Below, one piece after another: positions 1 through 12,094 of a DNA stretch of 64,000 nt (position 1 is the stretch's first letter; every line of letters starts with the position of its first letter). The position numbers were made by a program, and so were the translations under genes. The notes under the pieces were generated by a model, which saw only the letters and a program-made list of their open reading frames with translations, was not told the DNA's origin and made no database searches. This DNA comes from Chiloscyllium plagiosum (taxonomy: Eukaryota), in assembly GCF_004010195.1 (NCBI RefSeq), contig NC_057719.1, positions 16,853,177-16,917,176 on the forward strand. Reading direction: 5' to 3'.

Positions 1-165
1 CTTGCCCATGTCCACAGAACCGCCTGTCCGTCCCTCTAACTAGAGAGTCCCCTATAACTAGCGCTCTCCTCCTCTCCCCCTTTCCCTTCTGAGTCTCAGA
101 GCCACAGACCCCTTCACTGCAGCTTACACCTGCAACGCTGTCCCCCCCAACAGTTTCCAAAGCTG
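1..165 (-). mobile_element. 5'-truncated end of a CR1 LINE (ORF1 esterase region), continuing left of the window
   Basis: The reverse complement of 1-60 encodes VIGDSLVRGTDRRFCGHG (GDSL esterase motif), homologous to the ORF1 segment at 33388-33445. Confidence 0.75.
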
Positions 166-588
166 ATCGGGGGAAAAAGCCCAACACACCTCAACTAATA
201 AAAGCAAGCACTCTTACATTTAGGTGGCGCTCTCCTTGTCTTTCCCCCGATCAGCTTTGGAAACTGTTGGGGGGGACAGCGTTGCAGGTGTAAGCTGCAG
301 TGAAGGGGTCTGTGGCTCTGAGACTCAAACTTGTCTTTACATGCATACTCTTTCACAATCATGTCAAAGTGACTACTGGGCATTTAAACCACTGGGAATG
401 GTGGTCACTGTTGGAAAAGGTTGCATAGTTTTTGATGATCTTCACTACTGGCTGTGATGATTTCTGGACCGGTCTCCAATGTTTTGTAACAGGAGGCTCT
501 TGCCCAGAAATTTCCAGTGGAAGCCACCTAAATGTAAGAGTGCTTGCTTTTATTAGTTGAGGTGTGTTGGGCTTTTTCCCCCGATCAG
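91..588. repeat. Two overlapping perfect inverted duplications (91-176/241-326 and 163-228/523-588)
   Basis: Base-by-base comparison shows exact reverse complements of 86 bp and 66 bp. Confidence 0.9.
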
Positions 589-1424
589 AATTTCTTGATC
601 ACAGTTTTGACGTTCTGATATATTTTGTTTTGTGTCCAATTTTTCTTTCACATTCATCTCATCAGTTAGTCCACCTATATCTAATTTCAGTGAACTTCAC
701 TGCTCATTTCATATGTTGTTATTTGATTAATATTTACACCTGACAAGGTAGCATTCTGGGAGGCAGCTTTGCTTTATTCAATCTAAGCAGGTTTTTAGCA
801 TTCTTGTGATCCACAGGCATATATACCATTTTCTACAATTTGTAGAATTTCAGTGTTTTATGGTTATATCTATAGCAGATTGTGGCCTTGAAGTCATAGA
901 CTGTTTGTTTTTTTTGAGTAAAACTTTTACATTCTCTACATCTTTTTTTAAATGTATACTTTTGTCACTTGCATACCCTAATGGCTGGTTTAGGCACAAA
1001 GACATTAAGAATGAAATGAGGCATTTATTAAAATAGTACATCCAGGTGCACTAACTTCTGGCTTTAACCAGCACATAGGTCATTCATAAAATTGTAGGTG
1101 CTAAAATGTTGCAGTGGGACACTAAGCACTTCAGTGACTTTCACCAGTCTTCAACTTCACAGCAGTGAGACCGAATGATCTTTAAAAGCATAAACTTCGC
1201 TTAAGTGCAGTGGTAAATAAAATGTTATGTGGTCTAGCACTCTCTGTCCTTCCAGAACAGAAAAACTTCATGTGAACAACGTCCATTTCTTTTATATGCA
1301 TGTTAAAGCAATTTGTTACGTTTCATAATGCAATTTCAAGCCTTCTAAGGGTTGTTTCTATAATCTTAGTGTTCTAGTAATGTTGGTTTTCATTTTTAAT
1401 TTCGATCCTTTTAATTTTCTTTCT

Positions 1425-1780
1425 TTGTATTCACTCGTGGGATGAGCATGTTGCTGGCTTGGCCAGCATTTATTGCCCATTCCTAATTGCCCACAGGGCA
1501 GTTAAGAGTCAAACATATTGCTGTGGGTCTGGAGTCAAATGTAGGCCGGACCAGGTAAGGATGGCAGTTTCCTTTTCTAACAGACATTAGTAAACCAGAT
1601 GGGTTTTTTCTGACAATCAACAATAAATTCATAGTAATCTTTCGACTCTTAGTTCCAGATATTTTTATTGAATTCAAATTTCACCATCTGCTGTGACAGG
1701 ATTCAAACCCAGGTCCCCAGAACATTATCTATGTCACTGGATTAACAGTTGAGCGATAATATCACTAAGTCATCGCCTTG
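1425..1780 (-). mobile_element. tRNA-derived SINE whose 3' tail is shared with an L2/CR1-group LINE
   Basis: Reverse-complement homologue of 59763-60112. It has B-box-like ggattcaaaccc and tail gcatttattgcccat.cctaattgccc. Confidence 0.7.
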
Positions 1781-2229
1781 CCCTGTTGTTTTGTTTAATA
1801 TCTTGACCATTCTGTTCTGTACAAGTCTTTACTGTAGTAGTGGCTATTGTGATATTAGCTTAAAAGACCATCATTTGCAAACTTAATTCGAAAATGTTAA
1901 AAGATTATCATCTGATGATTTCATCCTTTTGATGTATAACCTTTCCCAATTATTTCAATCTGTAGTCTTAATTTGTTCCTATTTCGTTACCACCCACATA
2001 ACCAATATTATAGCTTATTAACCACTTCTTTATCAGAAAGTTTTCTGGGGAATTATCTGATTTAGACAATTCTTAAGACTGCAATCCCTTGCGAGTGACT
2101 TATTGCCCCTGCATAAAGGGCGTAATGAGTTACCTTTTTGAAGTGTTGCAGTCCATGGGCTAAATGTACTCCCATAAATGTTGTTAAGATGGGAGTTCAA
2201 GGACTTTGACCCAGTAATGATAAAGATTG

Positions 2230-2600
2230 GAGCTGAGGGGTGACCTTATAGAGGTTTATAAAATCGTGAGGGGCATAGATAGGATAAAATAAGCAAGGTC
2301 TTTTCCCTGGGGTAGGGGAGCCCAGAACTAGAGGGCATAGATTTAGGGACCCAAATATAAAAGGGACCTAAGGGGCAACATTTTCATGCAGAGGGTGGTG
2401 TGTGTATGGAATGAGCTGTGAGAGGAAGTGGTGGAGGCTGGTACAATGACAACATTTAAAAGACATCATGAATAGGAAGGTTTGGAGGGATATGGGCCAA
2501 GTGCTGGCAAATGGGACCAGATTCGATTGGGAAATCTGGTTTCCATGGATGAGTTGGACCGAAGGTTCTGTTTCCGTGCTGTACATCTCTATGATTCTAA
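2230..2600 (+). mobile_element. CR1 (HER1-like) LINE 3' fragment
   Basis: LRGDLIEVYKI-coding segment and conserved 3' end ...ctgtacatctctatgattcta. Confidence 0.85.
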
Positions 2601-2699
2601 GTAACTGAGTATGATTGCGTTCGAATATATCTGCTACTCTTTCCTTTCAGGATGGTAGAGTTTATGATTTTAAGACAATGGCATGTAGGAGCATCTAAG

Positions 2700-3900
2700 C
2701 CTAGTACACACTTAATGACCTAGTCTTAACACCACTCCAGCAGGTTAGAATTCCACAGATTCCTCACCTTCTGAGATTATGCCCTCTTCCACAAGAGGAA
2801 ACACCCACTCTGCATTTGTCCTATCAAGTCCCCTAAGAATCTTGCATGTTTTAATAAGGCCAACTGACTCAACTTCTCATAAGATCCCTCCAAACCCAGG
2901 ATGAACCTAGTGAACATTCACTGGATTGTCTGCAGTGCCAGTACATCATTGCTTAGATAAGGGGACCAGAACTGTTCACAGTATTCCAGCTTGCGGTCCG
3001 ACAAATACCCTGTATAGTTTTCGCAAAACCTTCCTATTATTTTACTGTATTCCCTTAGAAATAAAGGCTGTCATTCCATTTCCTCCCCAAATACTATCTG
3101 AGCTTGATGTGATTCAGGTGCTAGGACTCCTAAATCCACCTGTGTGCCACTTTCTGCAATCTTTCCCCATTTAAAATAATATTCAACTCTTGTATTCTTC
3201 CTACCAATGTGCATGATGTCACATGTTCCCACATTATGTTCCATCTGCCAAGTTTTTGCCCTCTCACATAGCATATGTCCTTCTGTGGACTTCTTGAGTC
3301 ATTCCCACAAGGGATTTATAAAATCATGAGGGGCATGGATAGGGTGAATAGCTAAGGTCTGTTGCCCAGAGTGGTGGAATCCAAATCTAGAGGTTATAGG
3401 TTTAAGATGAGAGGGCAACTTCGTTATTCAAAGGATGGTGCTTGCTTGAATGAACTGCCAGAGGAAATGGTGAAGGCAGGTACAATTGCAACATTTGAAA
3501 GGCACCTGGATGGGTGTATGAATAGGAAGGTTTTAGAGGGATATGGGCCAAATACTGGCAAATGGGACTAGATTAATTTAGGACATCTGGTCAGCATGGA
3601 AGAGATGGACTGAAGGGTCTGTTTCCATGTTGTACATCTCTATGACTGTAAAACCTGTCTTCCCATCTATTTTTTTTATGTCATCCACATACTTGGCAAT
3701 AGTACATTACTTTATTTTTCAAGTCATAAGTATATATGTATGTAGTAAATAATGGTGGCCCAAGCCTTAATCCCTGTGGTAGTCCATTAGTTACAGGAAA
3801 ATGCCCCCTCTATCCATGCTAATGTACTACTCCCAATAACATGGACTCTTATTAAGTAGCCTTATGTGTGGTACCTTGCTGAATTCCTTTTGGAAATAGA
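2700..3900. mobile_element. Old minus-strand CR1 fragment interrupted by a plus-strand CR1 3' end (3310-3650)
   Basis: Minus-strand WQMEHNV..C.IMHIGRKN peptide; plus-strand RT C-terminus and 3' tail. Confidence 0.75.
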
Positions 3901-4494
3901 GGTATTGCAAGAGTATGGATAGGACTTAGACATTTTAAATCTACCGAAAATCTAGTCCTGTTCTTTACAGATCTGTATTTGATTAATTTGAACTCCTGAT
4001 ATCTTTTATAATCTTGAGTATCTTGCTTTGAAAATAATCAGAATCCTTCCACTCATTTTGTTGTAGAGGATGATTGCATACGCTCCAGTGCATAATTAAA
4101 AAATTAAGTTTGAAATTGTTGGAAATTTCTACTGAAGGGTAAAAACCAAAATTTAAATGAGTGTTTAAATTTTAGAACCTATTGACTACTATATAACTTG
4201 AGTAAAGGATATACACCAATCCAGACAATTGATTTGGTAACAGAATTTTACGCAAATCAGTTACCAAGAAAACTATAATTCATTCCAAACCCCAATGCCT
4301 GTTTAAATATTTACTGAATAGTTTCTTGTGCCATGCTGATCGAAAATGTAAACTCTCACTTAACTCTTGTAGTCCCACATATAGGCTCATATGTTTCTTG
4401 ATTTTTATCACCAAGACAACAAAATTAAGTAATTAGCAGACTTTTCCAAATACACTGCTTCCCTATTCCAGCAGTTTAAATTGCAATAGGGGCA

Positions 4495-5390
4495 CAGAGT
4501 CATTAGAGTTGTACAGCAGGGAAACAGACCCTTTGGTTCAATTCATCTAAACTGACCAGATATCCTAAATTGATCTCGTCCCATTTGCCAGCATTTTGCC
4601 TGTATCCCTTTAAACAATTCCTATTCATGTACCCATCCTTTTAAATGTGGTAATTGTACCCACCTCCACCACTTCCTTGGCAGCTCATTCCATGCATCCA
4701 TCATCTCTGTGTGAAAAAGTTGTCCTTCAGGTTCCTTTTAAATCTTTCCCCTCTCACCTTAAACCTATGCCCTCTTGTTTTGGACTCCCCTAACTTGGGG
4801 GAAAAAGATTTTGGCTATTCACCATATCCTTGCCCTTCACGATTTTATAAACCTCTATCAGGTTACCTCTCAGCTTTCAACACTCCAGGGAGAAAAGCCC
4901 CAGACTTACTCATCTTCTATAGCTCAAACACTCCAATCTTGGCAATATCCTTGTAAATCTTTTCTGAATCTTTTCAAGTTTAACAGCATCTTTCCTATAG
5001 CAAGGAGACCAGAATTAAATGCAGTATTCTAAAACTGGCCTCACCAATGTCCTGTATATCCACAACATGATATCCCAACTCATATACTCAATGAACTGAC
5101 TAATGAAGGCAAGCATGCCGTACACCTTCTTTGCCACCCCTGTCTACCTGTGATTCCATTTTCAAGGAAAAGAACAAAGAAGTGTACAGCACAGGAACAG
5201 GACCTTTGGTCCACTAAGACTGCACTGACACATGATCCTGTTCTAAACAAAAAACCTTTTGCCTCCACGTGGTCCGTAACCCTCTATTTCCTGCCTATTC
5301 ATATATCTTTCAAGATGCTGCTTAGATGTTGCTATTGTATCCACCTACAACATCTCCGCTGGCAGCATATTCCAGGTACTTGACATCCTG
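4495..5390 (-). mobile_element. Two adjacent CR1 3' fragments
   Basis: Reverse complement of the CR1 3' end and RT C-terminal region (4495-5165), plus a second tail type (5170-5390). Confidence 0.8.
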
Positions 5391-6224
5391 TGTTGCAATG
5401 CCGTTGTCACTTTGCTTGCCTGCTTTATAAACTTTTCCCATACTGACAAAGCATTGCATTAGATGTAGGCTTGGTAAAATACTTTGGTTCACAGTGCTCT
5501 GAAATAAGCACTAAAGCGTCAGTGTTTTGTCATTTTCCTCTATTTGGTTGGCAATGTGTTTATTTCTGTTACCAGACACCTATATCAAAAATTAGTAATT
5601 AGGATTTTAAAACACAACAATTTATGGTAGTTCCAACGCTTTTGTATGCCAGATTAGAATATTACACTCAATTGTCAGAGTCTATCAAGATCATAAAACG
5701 AAATGTGAAGTTACACCAGAACTATAACTAACTTGCTGAATTGGGTAGTTTGCCTGCTATTTGATTTTGATAGGAAGTGGTGCTATTGACAAAATTATTA
5801 AGCGTTGCGCAGTTTTCCGAAAGAAAGCTCTTGCCAGCTTTTAGTTGAATTAAGTCTTTTCCCATCTCGTCTCCACTCCTTAATTTGACTTTGAATACAA
5901 TCATTTACATTTTTGTCTCTTACACAGTTAAGGTGACAGGACTGTAAATGGAAGGAAAGATTAGAAAATGATTTTTAAAAAGTACAAAACGCTGTAGCTA
6001 CTGCTACTTGACATTCTCAATTGTTGTATATGTAATTATCTTGATGGGAACTAATTCTGCATCCTTTCTATAATCCAAGTTGAATTTCTGTTCCAATCAG
6101 GCAATGAGAGTCGCTTCCTCTACTCTGGAAGTGATCAGAATTTTTACTAAGTGGATTGTTACTACTCTTCGGGATTCTATTTAATCAGAACAGAATATGG
6201 TGACCTGTTACTTTGCGTTTTTAG

Positions 6225-6297
6225 GCAGAAGAACTTTTTCTGTGGATCCCCAGAAAAATGCTCATGACTGTTGAATCTGCCAAAAATTCTGTGTTGG
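6225..6297 (+). CDS. SETD3: SETD3 internal coding exon (73 nt; AEELFLWIPRKMLMTVESAKNSVL-G), equivalent to human exon 5
   Basis: Acceptor ctttgcgtttttag| and donor |gtaagt. The translation is nearly identical to recalled vertebrate SETD3 (AEELFLWVPRKLLMTVESAKNSVLG). It ends in phase 1, matching the next exon. It is too short to appear in the ORF track. Confidence 0.95.
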
Positions 6298-6554
6298 GTA
6301 AGTAATGAATTCCCATGTAAATATAAATTCTTTGAAGTTGTCTGCAATCGTTATGGGTTCACTCTCAAATATTTAATATTTTCTATAAAGTTTAGAATCC
6401 ATGGACTTTAGTTTACATTGAGCTTTTTATTTTGGTCGTGGAGTGGAAAAAGATAAATGTGTTCATCAAGTTTAAACACCACATTCAATGTTGCAATCCA
6501 TACTGCCACAAAGATTAACAACAGATTTTACAGTCTGTGTTGCTGCAAGATAGA

Positions 6555-8035
6555 TAGATAGGGTAGTTAAAAAGGCATTTAGCACACTTACTTGCATTGC
6601 TCAGATCTTTGAGTACAGGAGTTGGGACATCAGGGAGAATGTGCAAACTCCACACAGACAGTCACCCGAGGTATAGGACGTTGGTGAAGCCTCTTCAGGA
6701 GTACTTTATGCAGTTCTAGTCGTCTTGCATGGAGGAATGGAGTGGTTAATGATATAAAAATAGGGCTGATAGGCTGTGACTTTTTTCACTTGAGCATAAG
6801 AGGTTGAGGGGTGACCATAATGAGGGTTATAAAATCACCAGAGATATAGATAAGGTGAATAGCAAGGGACTTTTCCCTAGAGTGGGTAGTTCAAAACTAG
6901 GGGCTCTATTTTTAAGGTGAGAGGAGGAAGTTTTAAAAGGATGCGAGGGGCAACTTTTTTTTTTGAAACACAGAGACTAGTTAGTGTGTGGAGTGAACTG
7001 CCAGAGGAAGTGGTGGATGCAGGTACAGTTGCAATGTTTCAAAGGCACTTGAATAAGTACATAAATAGGAAAGGTTTGGAGGGATATGGGCCAAACGCTA
7101 GCAATTAGGACTAGTTTAGTTTGGGAACATGGTCAGTGTGGATTAATAAGACTGGAGGATCTGTTTCCATGCCGTTTGACTATGAAGGTTATCTCAGAGT
7201 ACCATGAGACCTTCGTCAGAAAGGCCAATGGGCTGAAGAGTCGCAGATTAGAATTTAATTTAGATAAATATGAGGTGCTGCATTTTGGGAAGGCAAAACA
7301 AGGCAGGACTTATATACTTAAAGGTAAGGTCCTGGGGAATGTTGCCCAACAAAAAGACCTTGGGGTGCAGATTCACAGTTCCTTGAAGGTGGAGTTATAA
7401 GTAGACAGGGTAGTGTAGAAGACATTTGGTACACTTGCCTTTATTAGTGAGTGCATTGAGAATAGGAATTGGGATGTAATGTTTCAGCTGTACAGGATAT
7501 TGGTTAGACCATTTTTAGAATACTGCGTTCATTCTGGTCTCCCTGCTGTAGGAAAGATGCTGTAAAGCTTGAAAAGGTTCAGAAAAGATTTACAAGAATG
7601 TTGGAGGGTTTGAGCTATACTATGAGGCTGAATAGTCTGGGGCTGTTGTCCCTGGAGGTTGAGGGGTGACTTGATTAAGGTTTATAAAATCATGAGGGAT
7701 ATGGATAGGGTGAATTGCCAAGATCTTTTTCCCAGGGTAGGGCACTCCAAAACTAGAGGGCATAGGTGAGAGGGGAAAGATTTAAAAGGAACCTTAAGGG
7801 ACAACTTTTTCGCACAGAGGGTGGTGCATGTATTGAATGAGCTGCCTGAGCAGGTGGTGGAGGTGAATACATTACAACATTTGAAAGGCGTCTGGATAGG
7901 TGCATGAATCGGAAGGATTTAGAGGAAGATATGGCCAAATGCTGGCAAATGGGACTAGATTAATTTAGAATATTTGGTTGGCATAGATGTGTTGGACTGA
8001 AGGGTCTGTTTCTGTGCTGTACAATTCTGACTCTA
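6555..8035 (+). mobile_element. Two tandem CR1 3' fragments (6555-7180 and 7185-8035), with a short V-SINE piece near 6630-6670
   Basis: EFNLDKYEVLHFGK..DLGVQIHSSLKV peptide and two CR1 3' tails. Confidence 0.85.
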
Positions 8036-8152
8036 TAAGATATGACATAAATGAAAGTTCCAACTTTCTAAATGTTTTCATGCAGAATTATACATCTGAT
8101 TGATTGAGTGATGGGAAAGCTAATCAGCCATTTATCTTTCAAACTTATTTAT

Positions 8153-8422
8153 TTAGATTAGATTTCCTACAGTGTGGAAACAGGCCCTTTGGCCCAACAA
8201 CTCCAAATTGACTGTCTGAAGAGTAACCCACCCAGACTCATTTTTCCTACATTTACCCCTGACTAATGCGCCTAACACTATGGGCAATTTATTATGGCCA
8301 ATTCACCTGACCTCCACATCTTTTGGAATGTGGGAGGAAACCGGAGCACCTGGAGAAACCCACACAGACATGGGGAGAATATGCAAACTCCACACAGCCA
8401 GTCGCCTGAGGTGGGAATTGAA
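8153..8422 (-). mobile_element. HE1-like V-SINE
   Basis: ttagattagatt.cctacagtgtggaaacaggccc tail and V-domain ggaggaaaccggagcac...gcaaactccacacag. Confidence 0.8.
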
Positions 8423-10149
8423 TTAGATTGATAGAGATGGCAATGCAAGATTTCTATCCAAAACAAATTTTTAAAAAGGATATTAGCAGTTTCTTTTAAC
8501 ATATCAAGCTAGGAAAGACATTTCAGCCTTTTTCACAGAAAATAGGCTTTTCCAATGCTGAGTGATGCTCTTCACCTTCAAAACTATGACAGCCACTTTT
8601 TAAGAGACTCTTGAATGAAGTGGTAACTCATATTCCTAACTGTTGACTATGTGCTGGTCTACAATGATATGTGGAAGGACCACTTGGAACAATTGGCAGC
8701 AATTGGATTCTTGCCTAGAATCCTACAATTTTGTGTGGTTTCTTTTTTTTAAAAATTGAAAACTAATTGTTGAACCTCAAGGAAGCAATGTAGGGGTGGA
8801 TCTAATGACATCTGGTGTTAGTTATACTCCCCCCCCCCATTTAATCTACGTGCAACAGATATTTTAAATCAATCTTGAACTTGTGTCTAAAAAAAGTACC
8901 TCAAAGAATTATGGATGCTGGAAACCAGAAACAAAAACAGAGCTTGATGGGATGCTGCCAGGCCTGCTAAGTTTTTGATTTGGGAGCCTGGGCCTTCTGG
9001 CCCAAAGATAGAGACACTACCATTGTAGTGTCAAATTGCAATACATATTGTTTGAAATGCCAACTGATTAAGTCGCAGAGAGGAGAAACTGGGCATTTAG
9101 CTGGTAACTGAAGATGTGCAACTCCTTAATCTGGCAGCTCTTGGATTGAGAAATTAGTAATACAAGGACTGACAAAAATCTAAACTTATACATGCAATGT
9201 TAATGCCAAACAGGTACATAGAGAGAATCATGATCCTATTGAATAGCAGAGCAGCATTGAGGGGCAGAATGACCGACACCTGCTCCTAGTTCTATGTAAA
9301 AACTGGACTTTGAACTGAAAAATAGTGTCAAAGGAAAAGGTTTATGTTTAAATCTCATATGTTTAAAAGGCAAAAGGAATGAGACTTCACAATTATAGTT
9401 TATTTTTGGTGGCTGAAAGGTTCTTTGGAAATAATTAATAATTAACACATTCTAAAAGAATTACTAATAGTTTATTCAGGCCTAATTACATATGTGCCAA
9501 CTTTAAATCACTCCAAAATAGGATTCCTGGCATCACTGCAGATGGCAGTAACTTTCTGTGCTGAGTTTGATTTATTAAACATGCTGTAAATGCAATGAAG
9601 CCAGACGACTCAATGCATTTTAATAATGATACAGATAAAAAGATGCTACCGTGTAAAGCTAATGGCAAAGCAGCACATTCTGACAAAGTTTAGGATGACA
9701 CTCTTTAACTCCACAACTATCCTTGCCTGTCCTTGCTGTAGTATTTGGCTATAAATGCCAAAAAGCACAGGATCACCAATTTGATATCGCGTGGAGAGAG
9801 CCCAGTCAGGCTATTGTCTCTGTCTCTGCAGTGGCTTTCTGAATGAGAATTTCACCTGCTGCCATTCTCCTGTCTCCTCTTCACCAGCCCTTCAGCAGAA
9901 GCTGAACTGAACTTGTCACTTTATACTGTGGATACATGAGTAGGTCGGGGACTAGACATTCTGTGGTGATTAGCTCACCTTCTCTTTCCCCAATGTCTGT
10001 CACCATCTACAAGCCACAAGTCAGGAACATGATGGAATACTTTCCACTTGCCTGGAAGATTAGTGCAGATCAACTGGCACTTGACAAACTCGACACCATT
10101 CAAAACAAAACAGTCCAGTTTTCTTTCGAATCTGTGTCCACATGAAATT

Positions 10150-11450
10150 GTAGTTGCTGGTAGTATGTGGATTCAAGACAGCTAAAGAGTCTCATTAGAC
10201 TTAAATTGAGTAAGAGAATTCATGTGCCATTATTCAGGAGAGTGCACATCCCAGAAAGTCCACCTAAATCTGGTTTGGAACAGTTAAGTAGCTTAACAAC
10301 ATGCAGGTCAGAACCAATCAAAATAAATGTTTGGTTAAATGGTTACCCAGTTCTAATGGCAGTAGGTACTAAATAAAAACTGAAAGAACCATGGATGCTA
10401 TAAATTAGAAACAAAAACAGAAGTTGCTGGAAAAACTCAGCTGGTCTGGCAGCATTTGGGAACAGAAAGTAAACGTAATGTTTTGGGCCTGGTGACCCTT
10501 TCTCAGAACTGAAGAACTTGACCTGAAATGTTAACTTTGATTTCTCTTCACAAATGTTGCCAGACCAGCTGAGCTTTGCCAAGCAACTTCTGTTTTGTTT
10601 TTAATGGCAGTAGATACTGATGTGGCCTTTTCAGTGATTGCAGCTCCAGTTTTTAACAGAATCCACTCTGGCCTTCAATGCTTAAGTTTGGGCAAGACCT
10701 TGGCTAGACTGAGAGCTTATACACAGACCACTTTACAGATTAAGGATGCAACTTCGTTTCTTGTCTGTTATGAGAAGCAGCTGGTTCAGTTACCACTGAT
10801 TGTAGCAAAAGGCTCAGGCCCAAGCTTGATGGGGTGAAATTGGTTGGGAATAATTCACCAGATTGGCTTAATATTTTTCGATTAGAAAATGGCTGCCTGA
10901 TTGAAGTTCTAATTAAATACCTGGAAGTTTATCATGAAAGTCTAGGGACAGTCAAAGGAGTCAAGGCATCTTGCATAGTGATCAAGAAGCAATTCCATGA
11001 TTCTGCTGGCCCACCCAGGACTATTAATCCTATGGCAAAAGTAGAGGCAGAAACCAGAAAGCTGGAAAGCAAAGAATCTTTAAACCAGTCCAGTTTACAG
11101 ATTGGGTAGCAATCCTTAGCAGACAATTATGGGAAGCAAGAGTGATTGTCCCAAGCAAAGATCACCACCAGTTATTGGCTGAACTCCACCAGCATCATCC
11201 AGTAGTTTCCAAAATGGAAATGCTGGCAAGAAGTTATTTCCAGGATTGGATACAGACATAGTTGCAATGGTGGGCCAGTGCCCAGAGTTCCATCAAGGAC
11301 AAAGATTACAGCCAATAGCTTCTCCACATTTGTGGGAATGGCCAGGTAAACCCTGGACTCAGTCACACGTCGACTGTGCAATTCTTTCATCGGATCAGTG
11401 TTCTTTAAACATTCTAGCCACCCGCTCAAAGTGGCTGGATGTGCATAGAA
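10150..11450 (+). mobile_element. Degenerate, internally deleted Gypsy/Ty3 internal region (protease, start of RT region, integrase N-part)
   Basis: PIKINVWLNGYPVLMAVDTD.AFSVI (aspartic protease DTG-like), LGTVKG, KVEAE, then DTDIVAMVGQC and LWEWPGKPW..SHVD (integrase zinc finger and core start). Confidence 0.7.
10371..10601. mobile_element. Fold-back PLE-derived insertion (family B) with decayed hammerhead remnants
   Basis: Inverted arms aaacaaaaacagaagttgct.../...agcaacttctgttttgtttt. TSD taatggcagtag(g/a)tact at 10354-10370 and 10602-10618. Homologous to the 3' end of the PLE at 46085-46190. Confidence 0.75.
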
Positions 11451-11699
11451 TGTCAGACATCAGGCTCGGTTTGGGAGATGGCTCTGAGGGAGCTGGATCA
11501 GTGTCACGGACTCTCCACATTTAAACAGGAGGTGTCATGGTAATGAGATACCAGCCTCTGTGGAGTTATTTCAGAGGGATAAGGGTCAAATGCTGGCAGA
11601 TGGGACTAGGTCAGATTGGATGAATTGGACGAGTTGGACTGAAGCGTCTGTTTCTGTGTTATATGACTATGACTCTATGTCTAGGACAGATGCATGTCA

Positions 11700-11930
11700 A
11701 TTCTGCCATCATCTGTGAATTTCCCTCCAAAATCCATATCATTCTGACTTAAAATTACATTGCTGTTCTTACATGGTCACTGAGTCAAATCCTGGACTCG
11801 TCTTGTTTGCAGTACAATGGGTGTCCGTTCATCCCAACGGTGATTTAAGAAGACAGCTTACCATCCCCTTCTCCAGGGCAACTAGGAATGGGCAGTAAAT
11901 GCTGGCCTAGTTAGTAACATTCTATGAATG
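11700..11930 (+). mobile_element. 3' end of an L2/CR1-group LINE (partner of the tRNA-SINE)
   Basis: Tail gggcaactaggaatgggcagtaaatgctggcc, shared with the SINE copies. Confidence 0.55.
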
Positions 11931-12080
11931 GTTTAAAATTTAAAAGTTATAGGTCAACATTTAGTATGGGACATACTGAAGCTGCAGATTTCTGACATTT
12001 TCTACACTATTGAGATAAAGTTAATTTCTTTTAATATGTTAGTGACGTTTGTACGGACACAGAAATCTGTAGCTTACATA

Positions 12081-12094
12081 GCACCATCTAGTGG
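12081..12094 (-). promoter_or_regulatory. Candidate CTCF site
   Basis: The reverse complement CCACTAGATGGTGC matches the CTCF core consensus. Motif only. Confidence 0.5.

Noticed and set aside
806..1036. GWFRHKDIK resembling the end of the preceding SETD3 exon (GLRATRDIK)
   Set aside because: No GT donor follows, and upstream residues do not match SETD3.
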